Source of the DNA: Piromyces finnis finn
Lineage: Eukaryota > Fungi > Neocallimastigomycota
Assembly: GCA_002104945.1 (NCBI GenBank)
Contig: MCFH01000031.1
Location: 186,001 to 250,000, forward strand
Direction: 5' to 3'
Length of the DNA: 64,000 nt
In this document: positions 27,701-40,353 of the stretch, one piece after another
Position numbering within the stretch: the first letter of the stretch is position 1
Layout of the letters: each line of letters opens with the position of its first letter
The notes under the pieces: generated by a model
The model's input: the letters and a program-made list of their open reading frames with translations, nothing else
What the model was told of the DNA's origin: nothing
Databases searched by the model: none
Made by a program: the position numbers and the translations under genes

Positions 27701-30698
27701 ACTCTCTATATAAATCATTATATATCTTTTACAATATTAAATTTTATTTATATATAATACTTTTTTGTTTTTTTTTTCTATAAAAGATTAATGGTTGGAT
27801 TAAAGATAGTAGTATTGAAAAATGGAGAAAATCATCATACCCAAATGATTTAAATAATTATCCTAAATTCGAAAAAAAGAGTAATTATGAAATACTTACA
27901 GAAGATTATGGTACACCCTCAATTAATGGTATGGCTATTGCTAATCCAGAAAAAATGGTTCAATATTTCGTAAGTTTAACAATTTCCAGTATATATATAT
28001 ACTATTATTTTATTATAATAAATATTATTTTATATTTTAACTATTATATTTTTTTTTTCTTTATAAAATATAGGGAAATGGAAATGGAGAAATTAAATAT
28101 GCAGTATGTATTAAGTACTTAATAATTATTCAATTTTGAGAATATTCATAAATTATTAATTTCTTGACTTTTTCTTAATTTGCTTTTAAAAAAGAATGTC
28201 CCAGGATTATCATCATGTATATTATCCCTTTAAATATTAATACTCTTATAATAAATTTGATTTAATACATAAAAAACAATTTAGTAATTTTTATTATATA
28301 TTTGATTTTTTAATTACATAAATTATTAAATAGACTATGGTGGTGAAGGTTTGTAAAATAATAAAAAATAGATAATTAGCTTTTAATTAATAATATATTT
28401 CTAACAACAATAATTTATATTAATTAAATATAGGTTTTGTAATTTTTAATTCTAACTGTACTGATCATAAAGATGAAGCTTTTGAACTTATTACTTTATT
28501 TATCAACAATACATTACCATTCCTTCATGATGCCAATTCTTATATTACTGTAATTATATTTATATCTTTTTATATTAAAAATATATATTATTCCTATTAA
28601 TATGACTTTTCCTTTTTTATAATATAAAAAGCCTTTTGAAGATACTGAAAACATGAAGTATATATTTATAATATTTATAATATATAATAAATTGATATAA
28701 ATATAATATTCACTAATTTCTTAATCCTTTTAAATAAAATAAACTACTTGCATATAATAATATAAAATTTAGTTGTAAACAAACTGTAGAAAGCATTAAT
28801 GAATGCAATGATTATATTAACAATGCTATTTCAGATATATATTATTTCATTGATAGAAATAATGAATACATTATTTTCAGTGCAAAGCACATTCCAAGTA
28901 ATAAAAATGAAAATGCAAAATTAGTAATTGAAGACCAGAGGATTTTAGATTTATATTCATCGGACGGAGGAGCTATAAATAAGTTAGAATATACTTGTGG
29001 TGCATCTGTAGACTTCCAAAAAAAAATTATTACCTATAGTAATAATAGAATAGATCTTCCAATTTTAACCAATGGTGTGCAAAATGTTTTAACTATTAAA
29101 AGTACAAATGATTATTTCAGCACAAATAAAAATGTAGATGTTTCTTTATGTAGTATTACTAATGATATGCTTAAAATTGCTAGACCGATTCAAGTACGGA
29201 TAAATATAAAATAGTATATTTAAAAAAAACTATAAATATAAATGAGATGAAATTTTTAATTGCTAACATAATTTTTTTCAAAATCTTTTTTTTTTTCTTA
29301 TATATACAAATTTTAATAGTATCCATTAAATGGATTGTAAATATTTAAGATATAAATTTATTTTTAAATATTAACTAGATGAAATCATTAAATATCCCCT
29401 TTTTTAATATTTAATACTTCTAAATAAATAGTGATAAAATGAATGAAATTGAAGACAAAGAATTAGTTTCTATATTATTTGCTAATATTTATTATAAGCA
29501 TAATGATACCGTAAATGTTCCATTAGAAAAAAACTTAAAAGAATTTAAGTCATTAATTGATTATCATATCTTACCAAGTTGTAGTGACTTTTTAGATACT
29601 AACTTTACTTTATCAGAATGTAAAGTATCAACTATTTCTCAAGATGTCAATTATGTCAATTGTAAAAAAACTAATGATAGCACTATAACATCTACTGTTT
29701 GCAATTATATTCCATATGGCAATATAATTAGTATTATAACCTACATAATTACTGGTATTTTCTATTCTTCTGGTATAGTAAGTTTGGTTTTAATGATAAA
29801 GTAAGTGAATCATTACTTATTAAGCGCCACTTTATAATTATTAAGGTTTAATATAATCTATATCATTAACCTTTAAATTATTTTAAAAATAAAACTTTTT
29901 TTATTTTTTCAAAAAAAAAAAAAAAAAAAAGATATAGAAAAAGTAAAAACTTATCAGCTTTTGGAATGGATTTCTCTATTATCTTATTATGTGCTACATT
30001 TATTTTAACAGCTTCCGTTTTCTTCTGGTTAGGTGAAGGTTCAAATACTACATGTCACTTCAAAATATGGCTTCAAACTATTGGTGTAAGTATGTTTTAT
30101 TGTACTAATAAATATAGAAGGATTTTTCAAAACATAAACGATAAAAAAAATATATCATCAGATTCTTTTTAAGATTATATATAATATTATTTAAATTTTA
30201 ATAAACATAAATTATATTAATTGATATATATATAAATTTTAAAAATAGTTAACCAATATGGTGGCTACTGTTCTTTTAAAGGAAGAAAGAATTTCATCAA
30301 TTTTCATTGGAAGAGATGTTCAAAAGATTTTTACTCCTAAAATGAAAGATATTTATATTAAGTTGGGTGTTATAAATCTTGTACAAATTGTTTTATTAAT
30401 CATATGGTCTATTACAAATCATGAGCCATATATTCAAATACAAAAGTATTATACTAATTTAGGTTATAAAAAGATAGAATATTGTGATATTTTTAGCTCT
30501 AGAATTACTGCTATTATTTTCTTATTTATTTTCTGTATGATCATATACAGTTTATTAATTAGCATTAAAATTAGAAATAGTAAGTAACCAAACTACATTC
30601 CACATTCCTTTATAATATTATAATATAGATTTAATTATAACATTTATTATTATTACTATTCAAAAAATAATAATTACCAATTCATAAGTAATAATTTA

Positions 30699-30753
<55 letters not shown>

Positions 30754-31338
30754 ATCTTTTCTTAATACAGTTCCAAAAGAATTCAATGAGGTATTGATTA
30801 TTTTAAATTATTTGTTAATATCTAATAAGAATACAAAAAAATATTGTATAAACTAACAAAATAATTTTTTAATTACTTAAAATGATAATAGTCAAGATTC
30901 ATTATTTCATCATCTACCTTCCAAATTATTATGGTATATATATTTTATATAAAGAATTAAAAAAGTTTAAAAAAATATATATATATAATTATATCATTCA
31001 ACTATTTTTCAATTTAATAATAACTAATAATATTACCAATTCCTTTTTTTAAAAAAAATAAGATATTCTTTGTTTTCTTTGTTTGTATTATTACAGAAGC
31101 TGAAGTATATAGAGGAATATGTTACATTCTATGTATGTTATTCTTGATCCTCTTTACCAGACCATTATTTATCGAATATAAACTATACTGTATTATAACC
31201 AAAAAAACAATTGAATCTTCTATTGTTATTGTTAATGCCAGCTCTTATATCAGTAGTTCAGAAAAAAAATCTGAATACCAAACTACACAATTTAAAAATA
31301 CTAATGCTGCTATTACAGAAGTTCATAGTATTTTCTAG
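24784..31338 (+). CDS. Class C-type GPCR: signal peptide, degenerate GH10-like domain, solute-binding-protein-like ectodomain, 7TM; ~23 exons
   Basis: Hand-spliced exons give CPDFALLSSND, WMAIPFTVQIRTLLFNSTTFDKC..LRYPP, WDWSKFFEY, FLSMYVQSVGIPF; seven hydrophobic segments with TCHFKIWLQTIG and VPKEFNESRFI (class C PxxFNE motif); intron 25905-26040 joins the first ORF in frame. Confidence 0.8.
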
Positions 31339-32316
31339 GCATGAAATTTTAAATATGTTTAGATATTGTGTTAATATTATAATTAGTATTATTAAAATCT
31401 TCACTTTTCTATTATGACTATATTGTCATATGAATAAAAATTATATATAGAATTTACAATGAAATAAATTAATTTAAACTATTTTATTTTACGAATTAAT
31501 TATTTAAATTCGCGATATAAAGATCATAATACTTTATTTATATTTAAATAAAAATTTTCAGAAAAAATAAAATCAGTTAGGCTTTAACCTTTTATATAAT
31601 TTTAAAGAGTTATGCTTAACACATCATTTAAACAATAATACTTTATAATGGTTAAATTCAAAATGATAAAGATATAAATTTATAATTGAAAAAGGGAGAT
31701 TATAATCAAATAAAACTTAAATTCTAAAATATATTATTGAATATATTATATTATAATATGATATAGTTATTAAGATGATTTTTGAAAATACAAAAATGCC
31801 CTTATATAAATTCATTAATCTTAATGATGAAAGAAGTTGTTTAATGTATAAAACTATGAAGAGTATTATTATTTCAAGATAAAAAAAAAAAAAACTTTGT
31901 TTTGTTTTTTCACATTATATTTATATGAAGGATATTGATTTCATATAAATCTTTTTACTAAAATAGTAATTTAAAATAGTCAAAATAAAATTTTATATTA
32001 TATTATTATTATAACTAATAATTTATTTTATTATTTTTTATTTATTTTATTTTTGTTTTCGTTTTCGTTTTCGTTTTTACTTTTGTTTTTGTTTTTGTTT
32101 TTAATATTATTATTATCTTGTTTCAATTTGATTTTAGTTTTTCGTTTTTAAATAAAGAATAGTTAGATTTAAAAATAGTATATATATACATAAATTATAA
32201 ATAAGGAGTAATTATTTCTGTATTTGATTTCAGCATATATTAAATGAAAACCTTTTTCACCATATATTCATTCATTTGTTTCAATATATAGTGTATATTA
32301 TTAATTCTCATTTAAT

Positions 32317-33632
32317 TTAATAGCAAGCACTATACCATTCACAGAATTCACGTTCTGAAATTCTTCCAGACTTGTCACTATCAATTCTATCAAATAAACC
32401 ATCAAGATCTTGTTCTGGAATATTACATTTTAATTCTCTAACGCACTTCTTCCATTCTATTGTAAATAATAAATAATAAAACGATATTAATTTATTAAAT
32501 ATTATATTTAGTTAATTTTAATTAAAATTTAAAATTACCTGACTTATCAAGTGTACCACTATTATCTTTATCGCATGTTCTAAATTGATCACTAGCTTTT
32601 TTCATTTTATCGGTGACTTCTTGAGACATGCCTTGTGGGAACATGAAGTTTTGTAATCTATTGTAGGCACTACCGTAATTATATTGTGGTGGAATATAAT
32701 TGTATGGGTTTTGTGCAAACTAAAAAAAAAAAAAAGGGACATTTATTTACATTAATGAAATTTATATTAGACTATGATCTTATAATATCAATTTAGATAT
32801 TTACGAATGCAAAAGCACCACCAAATGGTGGTGGATGACCATAACCTCCATATGGTGGTCTTCCATAACCTCCGAAGCCACCCCCGTAGCCTCCTCCGAA
32901 GCCTCCTTGATTACTATAGCCACCATAACCTCCTTGGTTACCATAACCACCGTAACCTCCTTGATTACTGTATCCTCCTTGATTACTATCATATCCTCCT
33001 TGGTTACCATAACCTCCTTGGTTACCATAACCACCGTAACCTCCTTGATTACTGTATCCTCCTTGATTACCATATCCTCCTTGGTTACCATAACCACCGT
33101 AACTTCCTTGATTACTATCATATCCTCCTTGGTTTCCTCCGTAACCTCCTTGGTTACCTCCATATCCACTTTGACTATTATTACTACTTTGATTATTTTG
33201 ACTACTATTATAACCACTGTTACTATTATTATTAGTGTTACTACTGGAGTTACCACCTCCTCCCAAATATTGGGAGTAGTTTCCAGAAGACTGTTGTTGG
33301 GCGTATGCTCTATCCTATTTAATATGGAGATTTTCAATTATTAAGAAAATATATATATATTATTTATAATAGTTTATTAATTTGTTTTAAATTATATATT
33401 TTAATATTAAATTATAATATCTTATATGCTTAAATTTATATTTATTTTTTTGTCTTTATATATATGTATACATTATTTGTTTGTTTGTTTATCTTTTTTT
33501 ATTTATTCTTTTCTTTTTAAATAAATTTTTCAATAGTATTGTTTTATAAATGAATTGTACTAATTTTTTGACATAATATTTTTTTTTATCCTTCCCTTTT
33601 TTTTTCATTTTTTTCCTACTACTTACAGTCAT
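32317..33632 (-). CDS. Gly/Tyr/Gln/Asn-rich low-complexity protein with two C-terminal EF-hands, 4 exons
   Basis: ATGACT|GTAAGT micro-exon (33632-33627), then DRAYAQQQSSGNY..., GGYGNQGGY repeats, EF loops DKDNSGTLDKSE and DSDKSGRISERE, stop at 32319-32317. Confidence 0.85.
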
Positions 33633-35797
33633 TTTCCTTTTTAGTTATTATTAAAAGTATTAAATAGCTTTACGAATAATTAAATTATATTTAATAAAAT
33701 AAGTACTTAACAATTGAAAAAATAAATTGTTGAGAAAAATTATATCCTTTTATAGGATTTCCCAACTTTAAATAATATATATATATTTTCAAAAATATTA
33801 AGAATAACTAAATATTTATAATTAATATATTAATTATTATCTTTTATTAAAGGTTTTAGACCTTCACATTATCAAATTAAATTTTTAACAAAATGCCAAA
33901 TTAATGTAGAATATTCATAGATGTATGATAAATATTATATAATAAAGTTTAAAAAAGGTTATATTTTTAATATTTAAATTTCAATATGGCTAATAATAAT
34001 TGGTATATAAACTCAATTCATAATTATTATTGATATATATAAGAGTATAAATAAATAAAATATATGAATAAATAATAATAATAATAATAGTAAATACGAA
34101 AAAGAAATAGAAAAAAAGAAAAAAATAGAAAAAAAAAATAAGCAATTAATAGCCATTTTATGTATAAATTCTGGTTAAAATTTTATTTTTCATAAAAATA
34201 TTTTTAGTACTACTTTTAATTTCATCTGTAAAATAGTATTTGAAAAAAATAATGGAATGGTACATTAATATCATTAGCTTAGAGAAATGATTTTAATTAT
34301 ATCTCTTGGCATTTCAATTGACTTCATTTAATTATTATATAATCAAGAAAAATAAAAATTATAACCAAAATACAAATAAATAGTCAATTCCTATTTTAAC
34401 ACAAATAGATTATAATTTAAACTTAATTGAATTAATAGTTATAAATAAAAATTAATTATCATTGAATAATTTAAAATATATGTATAATTTTAAATTTACA
34501 ACTCTAATAAAGTTATAAAATATATATAGATAAATTATATATAGATAGATTAAATTATATTTATACATCATGTTATCATGTGGAATGTCCATATATACTA
34601 TAATAAATTACAATTTTTCACGATTCCATTTACAATAAACTTTATAAAAAAAAAAAAAAAGGTGAATAAAAAGAAAATATATGAACTTTAACTTTAAAAT
34701 ATAGATATTTTATGAGCATATATTGAATGTAGAATATTACAATATATTTGATATTAATAAAGTATTTTTATCTTTTGATCCTTTTAATATTAAAATAAAA
34801 ATTCGTATTTTATGCATCAACTCGCAATAGTGATATTTTTTTTATCTATTTAATTATTGACAGTAAATATTTTTAATCTTTAAATATATAAACTAAAATT
34901 TAATAAAATCATTAAATAAATTTAAGTGTCAATGGTGAATGTGAATATGTTTCATCTTTATTAGAATAAAAAAAAATTAATATTCTTTTACTATATATCT
35001 TATTTTTTTTTTTAAGACAAAAAATGAATATGTACTTTAAAAAAAGAATAAACAATTAAATAATTCTCTAATTATATAACTTTTATTGTTATTTTGGACT
35101 CAGAAGAGCACTTTTAAAACTATTTATTAATGTTTTCAAATAATAATAATAATAATAATAATAGTAGTAATAATAATAAAAACAACCCGTTAAATAGTTA
35201 TAAATGTAAAATGTTAATAAGAAAGGGGACATGAGATATATAAATATATATATAATAAAAGAATTAAGCCCGAAACACTAAAATTGACTAGAACAAGATA
35301 AAATATTTTTATTTCAATCCTTATTATTATTTTTTTTTAAATTATTAAAATATAGTAATAATAATAGTTATAGTAATAATAAATAAAATTAAAAGAAAAA
35401 TAAATATTTTTTCTTTTAAATTTAAAATTTTTTTCTTATTTTTTATTTTTTTTAAATTTTATTTTTTTTTTTTTAAATTATATATATCTATACAATGTAA
35501 TAATATATTTATTTTTTAAATTATAGGCTATGAATTTCTTTCTCAAAAAATATTAGTTTTTTTTTTCTTTGTTTTTAAAATTGTATTTAAATTTAAATAA
35601 AAAATTATACAGGCATAAGACAAACGTAAATAATTAATTATTTATTTTTATGCTTTTTTTTTTTTACTATCATAATTTTTTATAAAATAATGTTATTATG
35701 ATATTTAATTTAAAACTGCTTTTACTTGTTTATTTTATTATTGCATAAAACGTATCAAGCTTATTTCATTATATTTTAGAATAAATCACTGTTTTTC

Positions 35798-37970
35798 TTA
35801 TTGGCTTTGTTGTCTGCTCTTAGAAGCCATTAAACGGTTAATAGCATTAATGTAAGCCTTAGCACTAGCAACAAGAACATCGTTATCAGCACCTTCACCA
35901 CGGAATACATCAGCAGTGTTATTACGTAAGCGTTCCTTTTCTTGCATTTCACCAAGAATAGCAACATTACCTAAAGAATCTTCTCTTTGGTTTTGTTCAG
36001 AAATACGTACAACAACTCTACCCATAGCATCAGAACCTTCAGTAATAGCCTTTAATTCGTAAGTTCTAAGAATACTGTTAACACTAACTAATCTATTTAT
36101 AGCTTGGAAAATAGCATGAACAGCACCATGACCAATATGAGCATCTGTGATGACCTTACCAGTGATTTCGTCATTATCTTCAGTAATGTCAGACGAAGAT
36201 TCATTAACAGTACCAGTTAAATCAATTAATTGAACAGTAGCTGTTGGGATGGCACTAGAACCAGAGGTAACATGAATATTCTTTAAAACGTAGTATTCGT
36301 TAACCTTCTTAATGTTTAAGAAGTCATCAACAAGAGCATATAAATCTTGATCAGTAACACCCTTCTTCTTAGAATCAGCTAACTTTTTGAAATCCTTGAA
36401 TAATTTTTGGAATTCTTCATCATTTTCAATAATCTTGGTATCATAATTAGAATCCTTTAATAATTGTTCAATTCTGGTACGGAAAGCATTACGTCCAGAG
36501 TGCTTACCTAAAACTAATAAGTTTGATGGAACACCAACTAAATCTGGTGACATAATTTCATAAGTTTCCTTACATTTTAAAACACCATCTTGGTGAATAC
36601 CGGATTCATGAGCAAAAGCGTTGGCACCAACAATAGCTTTGTTAGCTTGAATAATCATACCAGTTTTCTTAATAACTAATTGAGAAATGCTGTAAATGTG
36701 AGTGGTATCAATGTGATGGTGAACATTAAAGAAGTCCTTATGCATGTAAGTACTTAAAGCAATTTCTTCAAGAGCGGTATTACCTTTTTTTTATAAATAG
36801 CAAATTATAAGCATAAATCCATAAGAAAATTAATTCCATTTTTATTTAAATTGCTAATTATAAAAATAAAATTTCTATTTCATTTATTAATACATACCAG
36901 CACGTTCACCAATACCATTAATAGTAACTTCGACTTGACGAGCACCATTGCGGACACCAGAAAGGGTATTAGCAGTAGCGAGACCTAAATCATTGTGACA
37001 ATGAGTAGACCAAGTAACCTTATATCAATTAAAAAAATAAATTAATAATTATAAAATGACAATTTATTAATTATAAATGAAAATTTATATTTAAATTTCT
37101 TTTTTTTTCATTACTTTTCTTTTTTTTCATTATTATTATTATATAATATTTTTACAATTTCACTTATAAATTTACCTTATCACCACCTGGAGTATTACTA
37201 ACAAGATAATTAATAAGTTCACCATATTGTTCTGGCATTAAATAACCAACAGTATCTGGAATGTTTAAAGTAGTAGCACCAGCCTTAATAACTTCAGCAA
37301 GGATTTCAACTAAAAATTCCTTATCAGAACGACCAGCATCTTCTGGTGAGAATTCAATATCATTAACACCAAGAGACTTGATGAGAGAAACAGCGGCAAC
37401 AGCCTTTTTAATACATTCTTCTCTACTAATTTTTAATTTGTTTTTTAAATGGATATCAGAAGTAGCAATAAAAGTGTGAATACGATGGCATGGAGCGTAT
37501 TTAACAGCATCATAAGCTCTAGTAATATCTCCTTTAACAGCACGAGCTAAACCACAAATAACCTTTTTATTTAATTTTACGAGATTTATAAATAATAAAT
37601 TTAGTATATTACTTTAAATTTTTAATTATTTCTTACAAGAATTTTTTTTTTATAATAAATCTATTTCCGTTTATTTCTAAAACTATAATATAAAGGTTTT
37701 ATCTATATATAATTTATTTACCATTGGTTTTCCAGAAGTTCTGTTTGTCATTAAAGGACCAACTTCTTGAGCGATTCTCTTAACAGCTTCAAAATCACCA
37801 TTTGAAGCAATTGGGAAACCAGCTTCACAAACATCAACACCAAGGGCTGAAAGTTGCTTAGCTATTTCAATCTTTTCATCAACATTTAAAGTTGCACCTG
37901 GTGATTGTTCACCATCTCTTAAAGTGGTATCAAAGATAACAAGTTTACTCTTATCAATAGTTTCAGCCAT
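35798..37970 (-). CDS. leuA: 2-isopropylmalate synthase (type-1 LeuA), multi-exon
   Basis: [62 protein letters not shown], regulatory-domain [13 protein letters not shown]. Confidence 0.96.
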
Positions 37971-39873
37971 TTTATTATTATAATATAGCTTTTGTTTATT
38001 TATAAATAAAAAAAATTTTAAGATTAGAATTTATTTTTGTTTGAAAGTATTTTTTTTTAAAATTAAAAAATACTTTTAAATAACTAAAATAATTAAATAA
38101 TGAATTTTAAACGACTTTTATGTATACTATATATTTTAATATAGTTATTTGACTTGTTACTATGAACTATTAATATATATATTCTATTTAAAAACACCTC
38201 TAAATTTACTATTTCTCTTTTTACCTTCAAATAATATTAAAAAATTTATGTAGCTTTTAAAAAAAATTTTTTTTTTTTTTTGTTTAATATACTTACTTTT
38301 ATTAATTATTATGTATATTGTAATCACAGTATTATTAAATAAAAAAAAATGTTTTCTAATAGGTTAAAGAAAAATTATTGTAGGAAAAACTTTATTTATT
38401 AAAATATTAGGACGCTTTATTATTAAATAATGGATAAATTATAAAATATGAATGTAACGAATGTATTATATTGATTGATTTAAGATTGAATTTATTTATA
38501 TTGTAATATATATTATTTTCATATATTAATCATTATATAATGTAATTGTAATACAAAATGTACTTAGATAAATTTTACTAAATATATAAAATTTTTAATT
38601 AATGATATATTAAATTATAATCAAACAAATTTTTGTATGGAAAAATGATGGAAAAAAAAGTAATGTTAACTATTACGATATAGCTAATTAATGTATTAAT
38701 AAGAAAGAATGAATAATTATAAATGAAAAAAAATAAAATAAAATAAAACAAAATTTTTTATATTTATATATTTTTTTTACAAAATAATAATTTTACTTTT
38801 AAACTTTAACAAAATTAATAAAATATTTCATAGTAAATTATTCCTTGGTTAAGTTTAAAAAAAAAATTTAAATTAAGCGAAAAGTTTTAAATAAATAAAA
38901 AACATAAATTTAAAATTTCAGCCATTATAAAATTAAATAGATGGGATTATATTATTAAATCTATTCTATTATATAGCATAAACAATCTTTCACACTATAG
39001 CATTATTAATAGAATAATACTAATTAATGTTTTAATATCGCTTTTTCCTTCTATTACTAATATAAATAATGAATATTAAATATTAATTATTTGTATATAT
39101 AATATCTTAAATTTTGTAATTATTCTTTTATACCAAATTCAAATAATAATATGTATTAAAAGAAGTTTTTCAATTAAAAAAAAAAAGATTCCTAAATGAT
39201 CTCTAAAAATTCCTAAAATCATAGGAAACATTTACAATTTTAATATTTTATTGGTCAAAAAAATCTATATTGAACAATTATATTAGTTATATATTACTTT
39301 ATAGTTCTAATATATTGTATAATGTTTAAAAATATATTGATTAAATTAAAGAATTTAAAAAAAATGACATATCTTTAAATTTTATTTATTAAAGTTAATA
39401 TCCTAACCTTTAAAAAAAATGATGAAAATTAAGAATCTTTAGCTTTGTTTCAAAAAAGTTTAAATTTCGGTTTTGTAAAAGAAATTTTGCCATATAGTTT
39501 AAATAATTATATATAACAAGTTTATAATGTATTCATTTTCAATAAGAATTTACATAATATATTTTATATTATAGCATTAAAATAAATGAATATTATATCT
39601 ATAATTCAAAATTGTTGGGAGAGATTATTACAAATAATATAAAAAAGACATCCTTTTAAAAAAATAGTTAAATATTATTTATTTATTTATTTATATAATT
39701 AACAATAAATATTAAAATCATAGAAAATTAAATAAATATTGATAAAAAAATAGAGTTCAGCAAATCTCTAGTATTATATACTACTATATACTATTATATC
39801 ATAGTAAAGCATTTATTATTTATTAATTAAATAAATATGTATATTCATCTTGAATAAAGTATTTTGATAATGG

Positions 39874-39881
39874 CGGCGGCT
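39874..39881 (+). promoter_or_regulatory. URS1-like GC motif CGGCGGCT upstream of DMC1 (putative)
   Basis: 8/9 match to the S. cerevisiae URS1 core TCGGCGGCT; conspicuous GC run in the AT-rich leuA/DMC1 divergent spacer. Confidence 0.3.
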
Positions 39882-40353
39882 TAGTTAATAAAAAAGTGTA
39901 GATGTAATTTTTTAAAAATTTTAATATGAAATATAAAATATATTACAAACTTTTAACATTACAATTAATATTTTTTTACGATTATATTACCACTTTTTTT
40001 GAATATTCAACAAAAATAAATAATGATATTCCATAATTTAATTATCATAAATATTTAAAAAAAATAAAAATAAAAATTTTATCTATTTTATATTAGCATT
40101 TTTTAGTAGCATTGTATAACTGTAAAAATTATATATAATTATTATTTTATTAATTTTTTAAAAAATTATATTAAAATTATGATGAAATTTTTTGATTTAA
40201 AATTTCTCATTTTAGTAAAAAAAAAAAAAAAGGAATAAAAAAATATTCTCATAAATTTTTTATATGAATATATAAAAAGAAAAATATGACTAGTATAAAA
40301 TAATTTTACTACTTTTCAAATTTACATACTATTAATATAAGTTTATATATACA

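Noticed and set aside
28772-29193. GGAI motif suggesting a pectin-lyase beta-helix in the GPCR ectodomain
   Set aside because: Single occurrence without the repeated pattern; treated as an uncharacterised insert
32801-33344. Alternative-frame and antisense ORFs (V/T/K-rich, H/L/Y-rich, T/I/S-rich)
   Set aside because: Shadows of the Gly/Tyr repeat exon
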